From Lama glama (lineage: Eukaryota), in NCBI GenBank assembly GCA_028534125.1, contig CM052817.1, positions 62,064,001 through 62,128,000 on the forward strand: a stretch of DNA of 64,000 nucleotides. Reading direction: 5' to 3'. This document shows positions 37,211 through 49,810 of the stretch, piece by piece (the stretch's first letter is position 1; every line of letters starts with the position of its first letter). Both the position numbers and the translations under genes were made by a program. A model generated the notes under the pieces. The model made no database searches, was not told where the DNA came from, and was given only the letters and a program-made list of their open reading frames with translations.

Positions 37211-37847
37211 TGAAACCGTGGGTAATTTTTAGTCAAATCCATTTCACCTGCCTTCACTAATCAAGCTCTACAAAGAACCTGCATGTCCTCCAAGAGGCAC
37301 ATAGTCTAAACAATAAGATGCTTGCCTGAGTTGTTTTCCAGAAACTTGGAGTCAGCTGTGTCTAGTTTGAGCTGAGCTGGCTAAGACTGGATAGGACCAC
37401 TCACCCTCCCAACTGGGCTTGTGTAAGTGTCTGCTCGGTGATTTTTTGACGTCAGAGAGCCAAAAACTCCACCCTCACATCATGCTAAGCCCTTTCATTT
37501 TTTGTTTGTTTGTTTGTTTTTGGTAGAGCCTTTAAAAAAAAATGAAGTAGGTCCTTCATTTTTGAATGACCAGACGCCTGTAGCTTAGTTACAACTTCTC
37601 ATAACAATGACTGCAGCTTTTTGCACTCACCTTTCCCCACGCTTCCCACGCCTCAGACTAACCTGCTTCTTTATACTTCATCACATAGAACTCCCAGCCC
37701 TTTGCCTTTGGGGAGGTGTTTCTGAGACTTGCTCCTCCTCTCCTCACTTGACTGCCTTGCAAATAAACCCTCTCTTTCTTGCAAACCTTACCATCTGAGT
37801 GTTTTGGCTTGCTGCACATTGGGCAAAACAAACCTGACCTGGTAACG
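37211..37847 (+). mobile_element. ERV1-class solo LTR (MER41/MER66-like); 5' boundary uncertain (37211-37320)
   Basis: tgacgtcagagagccaaaaactccaccctcacatcatgctaa; cctttggggaggtgtttctgagac; AATAAA at 37762-37767; U5-like end ttggcttgctgcacattgggcaaaacaaacct...ggtaac. Confidence 0.75.
37447..37454. promoter_or_regulatory. Perfect CRE palindrome TGACGTCA inside the ERV LTR (function unproven)
   Basis: Motif read directly; its CpG is retained in a CpG-poor background. Confidence 0.4.
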
Positions 37848-37929
37848 ATGATTCGTAAATCATCTAACGAAGTAATCTGAGTGCCTCCTATGAACAAGGC
37901 AGTATGTCAGGTCTATTGATTGGTTGTTC

Positions 37930-38095
37930 AATTAAGGATTTAGATGATTATTCTCATTTTTACTCATGGCAGAACTCAATATCCAGGAGGATAACTATCT
38001 TGCCCGAAGAACACAGGTAGTAAATAGCAGAACTTGGATCAAAACCCAGGTTTCGTCTCCCTCAAAAACTGTGATCTTCCCCACATAGCACTATA
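37930..38095 (-). mobile_element. MIR SINE fragment
   Basis: attattctcatttttact...cttgcccgaagaacacaggtagtaaatagcagaacttggatcaaaacccagg. Confidence 0.75.
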
Positions 38096-41000
38096 CCTCC
38101 CACTACACAGTGTTACCCTTGAGAGCTGACAAAGCAAAAGCAATTTTATTAGAAAAGTTCATCTGAAAAGTTTAAGTCTCTCAGGTAAACCTTAAATCCT
38201 TTGCAAGGAGCCAAGATGAAATACTAGAAACATGAATTAAGGATCTTTAAGTTCAGATTCAAATCTGCCATTATTTTCAAAAGATGCCACTTCATGACAT
38301 ATTCATTCATTCATCCAAAATCATCCAAAAATATTTATTGAGCTTAGAATTATTTTCAGCACTTGAAATACAGATGAATATCAAGTCAGCCAATAGTAGA
38401 TCCACAGTAGAGCCTAGAGTCCAGCAATGCTATTTAGTCTTATTTGGAAACTACACCTCAGATATCATATGTGTTATATGACTAGTCAAACCTATTCTCA
38501 TTAGAATATTAATAATATTAGAGTGTTAACATGAAGAATAGTCTCATTTTTTATAGCACTGAAATTTATCAAACATATTGCTCCCCTCCTGCTGTTCCAA
38601 CACTACTGAATAAGGAAAACCCAAAAACCACTTGAGATATTTGCATACTTTGAGGTATGTTTTTCTTTAACTTGGATTCTGTCTGATTCCTAATAAAAAC
38701 ATAAAATAATAAAAGTGCCTTTAAAAACCCTATTAACATATTTCACGCAAGTCGAAGTAAAAGGAGTCTTTCTAATATATTATGAATTAAGTTAGGCATG
38801 ATAATTTTCTTCCTATGAAGGATAGCGGAGAACAAAACTATTATTAATTCCCTAAGCTGAATAAGCACCCTAGGCTAATAAATAAGGTTAAAACTCCGAG
38901 GCCAAAATTAAAAGTTTTTACAAGTTCTTTAAAAGTACGTATTTTCAGCAGCAAATACAGGTTATGGTGTTGGTTAAAACCATCTTAGACTGGTTGCTAA
39001 GATGTTATCTTGGAACTAATTTCGTCCTTCATTCAGTTGTTACCCTGTTTTGGGAGACAGCCATTGGTAAAGGGGACAACTGTCCACTAAGAAACCTGGC
39101 TTAGGACTTTTTAAATTTACGACATGAGACAGCTGTCAGATAGTAATGAAGTCTGGTCTCTACCAAATTGTTTTGCGGTAAAACTGGCTTCACCTGCATC
39201 ACAGACAAAACTAGCTTTCAGAGCTGCTCCATAATTATAAATTCTTGAGCTTGTAATGTAAATGATATTTCCTGTCTCTAACTTGCTTTCTCATTATGCT
39301 TCTTTAATTTGCTTTCTTCTGGCAGGGCATGATTTCTGGTGTTTCCATTGTTGAACATCAACGATCCAAACTGCCATCTTACTAAAAGAATAACCTCATT
39401 TCCAACAATTTCAGTTTCTTTACTCAATATGCAAGAACACTTAAGACTGCTTTAATAAACATAGTTCAGAAAGGCAAAGGAATGGGGAACTGCGGTGTTG
39501 ACAGATTCATTGGCACAAAGCTGATGTCTTGAAGGCCTTATTTCATTTTTCCTTGTTTTTCTCTTCTGAAGCACTTACTGTTTACATAATGACGGACAGT
39601 GCGATAATCAATAAAGTGCCACAAAATATCAGACTCAAGTTTTGTAAAATGTTATCTGTTGTTTTTAATTATATTACTCATGAAGGCAGAGGGTCAACTC
39701 GATTTTTTGTTTTACTATTGGTATATATATTTACACATACAACATGTGTATGTATTTCATAACAATATATTTTTTCACACATGCAAAATATAAAAAGCCT
39801 TTCAGTCATTGTTTTAGAAAGTGAGACATGCTCCTTTAGAAGGAATGATGACTGCAAGATATCAGATGGTTGTCTATTACCCCAGCTTACTCAATAATGT
39901 AGCAAAAGTACTTATACATTCACATCATACAGAAAGACAGAGAAGCACTAAAAACTGACGACCCTGCCTTGCCAAAGCATGTATCTCTTTATTCTTCACT
40001 TCATCCCTGACCTCAGTTAAGTTAAAATGTGAATGAAATGATACAACTGCTTTAGTCATTTCAAAAATTTTTTTTCTTCTGATTATTTCTTTGTAAACTA
40101 CTGGGAAGACTAATGGAAGTTTAGGAAAAGTCACATTTGTGTTTTGGGCTCTGTTAAGTCCTGGAAAAAAACAATGATTTGATGTATTTAGAAAATGTAT
40201 GGACAAACTAATTTTGCATTTCCTTCATTTTGAATTTTAAGACAAAAGAATCACTACAAAGAAAGAGAAATAATTCCATGTCTTGGTTTGAGGCTTCATA
40301 GAGTGTTGATTTTTCAAGGTGTCTGTTAAATAACACTTAATGTGTAACTTATTAGGAACGATTTCTATCATATGAAGAGTTTTCATCACGTCATAAATCC
40401 AGTATTTCTTTAATATATCATTCTAGTCTCTGTATGAACCACTTCTCTTAAATTTGATCTAAAGAGATGCCTCAACCAGTCACAGCATATGAGTTTATTA
40501 GTATTTCCTATAATACATATACAGTATATTTAAGTCTATGCTCTAGATTAATTCACATTGGGAAATATGGTACATCACTTCTAGTACTCAATTCGGGGGT
40601 AATAATGATATTTATAAAGATAATTTTTCAAGGCCCTGAGTCAGTAAAACATGTACATTGAAATAGACATGACAAGGTGCAAATGGGCTGATTATCAGTG
40701 GGTTCACAGGCTGTTGTGAAATTCTTCCCCTCTTCCTTTGCAACAGATGGCCTGGGTATCATGTCCCACCATGGAAATTGGCCCAGATAACAACTTACCC
40801 ACCATCAGGTTCAGTATACTAAGAGAACACTTTCTTTGCTCTAGACAAAAAATGGTGTCAGTATTATTTCATACATTGCCTTTTTATGAAATTTCATCGT
40901 ACTTTTTCTAGAGTAATTTTAAAAAATCAAACAAGCAAGTCAATTCTCTTTATCCAAAATTATAAGGAAAATGAGTACTTAAAAATCCAGCATGGTTACA

Positions 41001-41458
41001 TCTATATGTATTTAACAACAAAAAAAAGTGATCATCTCAAATACCATGTATGTTTAATACGGAAAAAGTTACCATCTGCAAATGATCTTCTACTAATACC
41101 TCTTCCTGAACAGTTAGCTGTCCCGCACTATGGATTTGCCTCTCACATATGGAGAAATCTACGTTTCAGTTTTGGCCACCAGAGTTATCCAACTATTCCC
41201 CATTTTCAAAAGCCAGAAGTATACATAACAATGCTTAACACCAGTATGAAAGCTCTTTGAAGACCGGGACACTATCATTTACATTTTTATTTTCCGTAAC
41301 TCTAATATAGTGCCAGGCACTCAGAGGAGGTCAATAAAAATCTTACATTAACGGTAATTTTGATCATTCCTAACAGATTCACAAGATATTTTAGAGTTTC
41401 TAGTGCCTCAAATTCATTTACAAATATAAGGTGTCATAACAATAGTAAGATCTACAAA

Positions 41459-41618
41459 CTGGACTGGCTATGAAGTCTTTGTGGCCTGGTGCAAAATGAA
41501 AATTTGGGGATCTTTGTAAAAAATGTATTAAGAATTCTGAGATGGTGACAGCAGAGCATTAAATCAAGCACAGGTCCTATGTGACAGCACAGGTCACACA
41601 CCCCCGAAGCTGGCCCTG
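41459..41618 (-). mobile_element. MER45A-like hAT-Tip100 MITE
   Basis: ggactggcta...gtgcaaaatgaaaat...cagcagagcattaaatcaagc...gcacaggtcacac...gaagctggccctg; 8-bp TSD tctacaaa (41451-41458) / tctccaaa (41619-41626). Confidence 0.88.
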
Positions 41619-43609
41619 TCTCCAAATGTCAGTTAGCTGAGCATTCATGTGAAGTCTGAGAACTGAAATTACATCTTTTTCAGGGGATATTCACTTCAGA
41701 ACTTATTTGATATTTCCCAGCTTCTTACAATGATTAGATGTTTTCCAGAAGACATGGCTTTTTAGACTGAGAAACTCAGGCGCTGATCAATTCTTTAAGC
41801 AAGTGAGTTTGCAATGGTGTACAAGGGAAAGTGTGTGGTTTTATCTGTTCCTGGCTTTCCCTTTGGATGTACTCCAGTGCTCATCCATGGGCCTGATCCA
41901 GAACAAGTAAAATCCCTGCCACACCAAGGTTAACTTTTTCAGGGCACTAGAGGGCTGTTTAGTACGTGAGAATAACAAATAAGATTTGAGATTCTACCTT
42001 GAACTGGTGGACTGTTTACTGAGATCAGTTCCTAGCATGCAATTCATTTTACTACAGAAATAAACTAGCTTTTTGATACTAGTAAGGTCCTGCTGTAAAA
42101 CTTGAAGTTATGAAAGAACAATTTGATTTTTCAGCCAGGGAGAATAGTGAGTGCATCCTCTTACTACTTTATTTCTTTATATAAATATCCATAGAGCCTC
42201 CTGAAGTCTTCAGGGAGATGATAGGAACTCAATTTGTGAATAGTAGCTTCAGACTGTGAAGTTATTTCTGACACCATGCCACAGTTATCCTAAATTATCA
42301 CGTGTTGTATAAAGGCACACTCCAGAAGCAGCTATGGCTTGCATTACGTTATTTGGGCAAAATGACTTGATTAATTGAATCGCTAAACAATTTTCTACTT
42401 AGAGTTCATTCAGATTAACAAAGTAAAATTTCCAAAGTTGGTTTTATTCTGTACATTGAATTCAGTATTAACGTAAAGCTGCAATTGCCTTTTTGATTTA
42501 GATGTAACATTATTATTCATTTTATTGTCCCCTAACATTTGACTTAATTTTCCACTTTCTACCATTACCCAACAATGATACTGTCATTTTTATCTTGATA
42601 TCAGGTAAATCTCAGCATTTCCCTTTCTGTTATCTCATACAGACTTTTATTTTTTCATTTACATACAAGAAGAGAAAACTTTGCACCATGTATTATTTTT
42701 ATAGACTTTCATTCCCCCTAATTCTTGACAGGAAATATTATGCTATGAACATCAATCTCAGAAGCTCTAAGTTTCTGGTTTTATTACTATATATCAAGCC
42801 TTAATTCTCATCAACTTAATATATAAGTTTCTATATTTCTGAATCATAAGACTTAAACTATCATTGCTTACATCATAAAATATAGGACTATTATCTCTTT
42901 GTCTGAGACCTGAAGCGTATTCTTCTGAAATGGAATTTACTTCCAAATGATTCAAAAAGCAATTTAAAATGAATGACTGCAAAGCTAATTTTATCTGCAT
43001 TTGGCTGCCCATCCATCAGAGAGATAATTCGTGATATATTACAAAAAAAGGCAACTGGAATTAACTATTTGAATGAAACTCCAGCTTATTTTTAATATTT
43101 TGATTAAAATATCCATTGGAAGACAAAGACTATGGTCTATATTTCAAGCAACATATTAATGGACTTATCATTTAAATTTAAGTAGCTGAATATATAATGC
43201 CTTACATATATTGCACAATTGGAGTTACTGCACAATTTCTAACTCCAAAAGAAAAACGTTTTTCTCAGCTTTTAAAGAAATAATATCCAAATAATGCCCA
43301 TATATTATTAATATTGACATGAAGTCAGCATGCTATTTGACATGCACTTATCTGTGCAAGAGAGGCACCTCCTTCTGCCCCAGGTTAAGCCTTTATTATT
43401 TCGGATTTTTTACTAATATAAAATCTTCCTAAGTGTTTTCCTGCATACAATCTCTACTTCTGCCATGTGGTCTATGTACCATGCTCTTAGAAAATTTTTT
43501 CAAAGATACATTTGCTCCCTTCTTCAAATAACAATAGATACAATGTAAAGTAAAGTGGTAAGTTTTTTTGCTTATTATATTAGCTAAAAATACTAAATGA
43601 TTGATGAGG

Positions 43610-44350
43610 TGTTGAGGAAATGTGTATTTACATATACTGGCTGTAGTGTAAATTGGCATCATGATAGAGAATATTTGACAACATAAAAAAAATTAAACCT
43701 ATGCGTCCCTCCAAATAGGTTATCCCATTTCTTGGAATCCATGTTATAGACATGTCATCAAAATGTAAATATATACAAAGATGTTCACTGCAGCATTGTT
43801 TATTTTTTAAAAAATGATCTATTACAACAAAAGTCAGATGGAATTAACTATTTAAATCATACTAAGAACAACTAACAACTAACTGAAGAGTGGTTAGATA
43901 ATTATTCATGATATATCCCTCCAACAGAACACTGCTTCACCAATAAAAATAAAAATAAGGAGGCAGCTTTGTATGTACTAAACTAGAAGGGCATCCATTA
44001 TTCGAGCAAATAAAACAAGGTTCCAACCAATCTGTATAGAATAATGCCACATTTTGTTAAGGAAGAAAGAAAAGAGAGAAAGACAAAAGGAGGGAGAGAG
44101 GAGAGAAAGAAGTGTGTGTGTGTGTGTGTGTGTAGATGGCTGCATGGATAAATCACAAAAAGAGGCATAAGGTATAGCTAAGAAGCCAAAGCTCAAAAAT
44201 GTTAACAGTCATAACTTCTGGGGAGAAGAGTTGGAGAGCTTTAGGGAGAACTTGTATCTTCTATTTGGAGCAGATTTTTCAAATGCTAGATTATGGATAA
44301 TTTCTATCTTTTAATATGTTTTTGAGTAATGTGTACTCAAATTAAAAAAT
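43610..44350 (+). mobile_element. Ancient L1 (L1ME type) 3' end
   Basis: gtgtaaattggca...atcccatttcttggaatc...acaaagatgttcactgcagcattgttt...ggttagataattatt. Confidence 0.7.
44112..44133. repeat. (GT)11 microsatellite
   Basis: Read directly from the sequence. Confidence 0.95.
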
Positions 44351-45197
44351 GAAGAAATCAAAGAATCCCATGTGTAACCTATTGCTTCAGCCTAGAAGAA
44401 CCACTACAGGCTTCTTCACTAAATTAAACTGATACTGATTCACAAAGCCTTAGATGACTCCACTAAAACTTGTATTCAGAGACCGTGTTGCTTGTAGCTA
44501 CATAGCATTTATTTCATTCTGCCTCATTTCATCTCATTTTTCTCTTATTTTCCATTGCTCTAACTTCCTGATCTCTGTGACCCTTGACTTTGAACTAAAA
44601 TAGTTTACTCTCTTACTCAAAATTTGTTCAAAAATCAATATTTGTGGATCATCTTCTATATCTCAGGACCGTCCTAGCTCTTATAGCCGAAGCTGCACTT
44701 TATCTCTCAATGGAATTTTTCTTATAAAAGAAATAGTGAAATAAAAGATATTAAATTTACGATAATCTGAATTTATAATAAAAATGGTCTTCTAGTCTGA
44801 TTTTGTAAATAACATGTTTATAATTCATTAGTACTTGACTTTCACTTTAAAGTGCTTAATTTTCAGATGTCAGACAGGTTTGCTAATATGTATAGAGACT
44901 TACACAGTGAATTAAGGAAAAAGTTCCACCGTTTTCGTACTCTCTGTTTATGGTTAGATTTACAAATCCTGTACTATTATTTTGAATGTCAGGAATCTAA
45001 AGAATAAAACAAGATCACTCAGAAGAATATTACAGAAATCAAACAATTAATAGATAAGACAACATAAACTTAAGGTTAATCCTTACTAGTTAACTACAAG
45101 TATGATTTGTAGTTTAAAAGAATCCAACAAAGATTTGAAATTCAGCATTATATTCAATTAGCACATGCTTACCTCTTTCCAGGAATACTCTCTAGGA

Positions 45198-45457
45198 ATG
45201 GTCAGTTTTATGTGGTAACCTGGCCAGGAATATATTCCCCAATTACTCAATCAAACACTAACTGGATGTGATTAAGTACAAAATTAGTTTCCTTGAGTAA
45301 GAGAAATTATCCAGATAATCTGAGTGTGCCTGATTCCATCCTTTGAAAGGCCTAATAACAGAGCTAAGGCTTCCCTGAACACCACCTGGATTAGGGTTTG
45401 ATTGAGTAACTGGGAACTGTAGCCTGGGCAAGCTGACACATGAACCTGGCCGTCACA
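45198..45457. mobile_element. MLT2 (E/F-like) ERVL LTR 5' part fused to an inverted copy of its own first ~80 bp
   Basis: 45198-45377 matches the MLT2 5' part on plus (ttttatgtg...caatcaaacactaa...gataatctgagtgtgcctgatt...ttgaaaggcct...agagctaaggcttccctga). 45378-45457 is the reverse complement of the MLT2 start (tgtgacggccaggttcatgtgtcagcttg...). Confidence 0.85.
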
Positions 45458-46029
45458 TTTCCCACAACTTCACCATCGTGTTTTGTAACTCTTACTCATC
45501 TTTCAGCTACCAAACATCCATTCTTCTGAAAGCCTCCACACTTTGAATCCTGGACATAAACCCCTCATATCACCTCCTATTGCTCTCTCCTCTTCTTCCT
45601 GTTTATATTTCTTCACCACTAGAAGGCAGGGTCAAATGTCAGGCACAGTGCATATCTTATTCATTTCTGCATAACTGATACCTAGTCCAGTGCCTGGCAT
45701 GAACTTCAGGGTTGTTTTTTTTTTTTCATTTTAATTGTTGTTCCTAAAGAAGTTCTACAGGAGAGAATAAAAGCACATAGGAATAACTCTATCAATAGAA
45801 ACCATGAGAAGAAATCCTTGCACAAAATGCAACAGAAATATACATATTTGGAAGGTGTTCCTACAGTGTTTATAAGTATGGATCCAGTTCTCATATCAAA
45901 AAATTTTTTTCTTCTATGTAAGTGTAAATGCCATATATCATGAGGGGTGCACAGCTTTGGACTAAATACATTCCCTCAGTAATCAAAGTTGGATTTATAA
46001 CATTTGGTGAGTGGGAAATAATATGATAT

Positions 46030-46830
46030 ATCTGATGATGGGGCCTCTTCAACCTCTTGGCTTCTTTTGAAACTTGGTTCATTGCACCACTCCCTCCTTT
46101 TTGAAACTTCTTCCTCTCTTGGGGACTGTGCATTAGCACTCGATTGCTCCCCGCCCTACCTCTTTGACCTTTCTTCTTTTTCTTTGCTGCTTGAATATGG
46201 TGAGATACTTACCAGGTTCTCTCCTTTAGTCACTCCCTTGGGCATTTCATCCATAACTCTGGCTACAATTATCAGATCAGGTCACACACATACAACCTTC
46301 TACCCCACCCGCGTGCTTCTTAAAATCCTTCAATGCCTTTGCATTGACTGAGAATGAAATTAGACTCTTTACCAAGGCCAACAAGGACCCGCTTGATCTG
46401 ATGCTGCCAGCCTCAATGACGCCTTTCCAACCCTCCTGTCCTTTCCTCGCTAAGCTCGGGACAGACAGACTGGTAATTGTATCTCTGAACACACCAAATG
46501 CAGTCCCACCCGAGGGCATTTTGCACTTGCTCTCCGTTTCTCTAGAAAAGATTGTCCCTCTCCTTCTTGACACTTAGGTTCCAGGAAGATGCCTCCTGGA
46601 CAGAGAGAGATTGTTGACCACCCTATCTCAGTCTCTTGATGTCTCTCTCCAAGAACATGTCATGTTATTTGATTTCTTCTTATCACCCATCACTATCTCA
46701 AATTAACTTGTTCACTAAGTTAGTTGCTTATTTTGTTTTCCCTTCTCACAAAACTCTAAGCTTCATGAAATCAGAAATTTTACCCATTTTGTTTAACACT
46801 CTAGCCTCAGCATCAACAACAGATAAGCTT
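46030..46830 (+). mobile_element. L2 LINE fragments
   Basis: ccactccctcctttttgaaacttcttcctctcttgg; gcttcttaaaatccttcaatg; cgagggcattttgcacttgct; taagcttcatgaaatcagaaatttt. Confidence 0.75.
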
Positions 46831-48259
46831 ATCTCCCCTCAAAAACTACCTTCTTCTTTTGACTCAACTGCTTATTTCTGCCTATAATACTCTCACAGTC
46901 AAAAGCAAGTGTGGAGTCCCATCTCCCCATCAAGGTGAACCCACCTACACGTACAGCACATGAAATCTCCTCTACATTGTCTCTCTTACCATCAACCCTT
47001 AGTCCCCCTTCATCACCAGAACTCCAGCTGAAGTCCTCATTCCATTTTCATGGCAATCATTACAAGACCCTTGTTACTGGTTTGGCTTGTTCCTGACTTT
47101 CCCTTCACAATAGCATCTATACCACATCACGAGGTTAACATTTCTAAACAGAAAGTGGAATCATAACAGCTTCCACTGGAAACTTTCAGTATTCAGCAAA
47201 ATATGGCCCCAAATTAATTTAATTTTCAGCTTATTTACCACCACTTTACCAAAGCTAAATTGGGTAATTCCATATCCCATAGACATAGCTTTAAAATTTT
47301 TTCTCACTTCCATATATTCACTCTGCACATAATGCCTTATTCCCTACTGACTCTTCAAAGCTTATCTCAATATCACCGAAAAATCTATTCTTAATCCTCC
47401 CAGAGAAAACCATTCTTGGCTGTTCAATTGTAAAAATCCTTTAATGCAATTTGAGAGCCCCAATTATTTTTGTATTCCTTACTGCAGCTGGGCTCAAACA
47501 CATATCCAGTTGGCTCTAAAACTTTCTCTCAGTTGAAGTGAACACATCTAAAATTGCTTACTTGTTTCAAGAATTATGAAGAAAATTAATGTCATTTCCA
47601 TAGATAATGTGTTATAATTTTGAATTATTAGGGTATAATCTATCCATATCTATCTACTTATCAAAAATCTGTGTACATTTTTAACTATGATGGAAATTCT
47701 CAAGTATATGCAAAATGATAGAAAAGAATCTCAATTACTCATAACCCAGCTTCAAAGAATTTCAACTGTGTGCTAATTTTGTTTTACATACAATCATTTT
47801 TTTAAGCATTCAGAATTCATCTGTAAGGGAAACTGAACATATCAGAGTACTAGGCTGAGATAGTGAAGGAGAAATAACACCAAATTAAGAATATGAATTA
47901 AATTTGTAATTTTGGAAACTGGAAATAAAATCTATGGAAATACATTGAAAATAAGAATACTTGGTTTATGGGTACAATGTTCATCGACACAATTAAGACC
48001 TAAAAATAACAATGATCAATGATAGTCTAAATCATGGACTAATGTATATTTTACACGACATAACCATTAAAAAAACTCTAACCTGAGATTTCCTACACAA
48101 ATTAGAAACTCTGTTTAGTGACTTTAAAGTGAAGAAGTTATTCCTTAAATTTACTGAAATAATTTATTAACAGTACAGCTGAAAAACACAGTAGCCCATA
48201 AGTCAATAATGAAGTTCAAGGGTACAGGGAATTTCACAACTACAAAACAGTCCATCTTG

Positions 48260-49110
48260 CCTAGGATTTCCCCAAGCCAGAAATCTGAGAACTGTCACTG
48301 ACTCTTTCCTCTCCCCCACTTCTGACATGAAGACAGCAGCAAGTCCTACTAACTTTATGACCTACATGCTTCTTGAATCTGCCTCTTTTTCTCCATTTCT
48401 GATTCCAATGTCATCATCAATTCTTGCAAGAACATTTCAAAGCCTCATAATTGCTAACCTTTGCTTCCTTTCTAAAAGCAACTCAAATCCTGGACATTAA
48501 CCGCTAACATCAACTCCCATTGCTCACTACTCTTCTTGTTTAAATTTTTTCCCTGCTAGAAAGAAAGGTCAAGAGTTAGGAACAGTGCTTATCTTTATTT
48601 CTGGATAACTGATATCTAGTCCTCTATTTCAAACCCTAAAGCTCCTCTTTATTTTTCTATGAGGTAAATCCAGGCTCATGTGCATGGTATACCAGCTCCT
48701 CCCTGATCTGAAGCATGCCTACCATTCCACCTGCTTCTCTTACCATGCCCTGCCTTGGCCTCTACATTCCAACAATACAGACCATCTGTCTACCCTGCTC
48801 TGGGCACAATATGCAGTTTCTACCCCTTCTGTCTTCAATGACAGCCCTCTCCTGGTTTACCTGCTCCTCTTTATCCTCTAAGCCTCAGCTCAGGCATCTT
48901 TCTTCCAGGAAGTTTTCTCTGCTTTCCTCACCTCTGCCAGCTTAGACCCTACCTCTCCCTGCCCCCAACTTCAACTTTGTTAGAAGCTTATGTATATGTC
49001 TAACACTGAATTTTATAATTGACTTCGTAGCTAGCTAACTGGCTCTTATTCATCTTTGTATACTTGGTGCTTATTATAGTCTCTGGAGCTGAATATATGT
49101 TTTCTGAATA
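48260..49110 (+). mobile_element. L2 LINE, degraded, containing a duplicated ~140-bp segment
   Basis: caagccagaaatctgaga...gactctttcctctcc; cctcagctcaggcatctttcttccaggaagtttt; ...tttctgaataaatga. Confidence 0.7.
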
Positions 49111-49479
49111 AATGACTGCAGGGCTTTCTGTACCCAGGGAGGAACACATAGACTTTGGGTTCTCATAGACTATGAATTGTGTGATTGCTACAAAAACAGA
49201 CATGGGTTTATCTCTGCATCGCTGTTTACTATATGTATATGACTTGGCATTTCAACCAATCTCAGTTTATGTGGCTACAAATTGGACAGGTATGTGGTGG
49301 CAGCGTGTAGGTTACATGAAATAAGGTAAAATGAATGATTTAGCATAGAGCTGGCCACAGATAAGATTTTCATATATGATAACTATTTGTTTTATTTTCT
49401 TGTTGTGTTGTTACTGTGGATACTAAGCTTCTCTCATTTTTCTAAACAGACTTGAATTAAAGTATCTCTTTAATCCATC

Positions 49480-49810
49480 TTCCTTGAAATGTCCTTTCCC
49501 ACCTGTGCCTAATAAACTCTTCTTTCCAAGTTCACCTTAAGCTTTTTCTCCTCCAGGAAGTCATTCTAGACCCTTCCAGCATGGGTTTGTGGCCCTCTCT
49601 CTCTGCCACCATGGCACACTATGCATTGTTGTTACTGTTGCTCTGATCACCCAGTAATGCCATACTGACCTTTTCTGTGTCTCCCCTACCCAGAGGGCTT
49701 ATCTGAACAAGATTTTGCGTATTTCATTTTTGAATCTGTAGTATCCAGCCATGTTTGGTACACAGCAGGACCAAATATGAATACAAGATTATGTTTATTG
49801 AATGAATTGA
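49480..49810 (+). mobile_element. L2 LINE 3' end
   Basis: ctcctccaggaagtcattc...tttggtacacagcagg...tttattgaatgaat. Confidence 0.7.
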
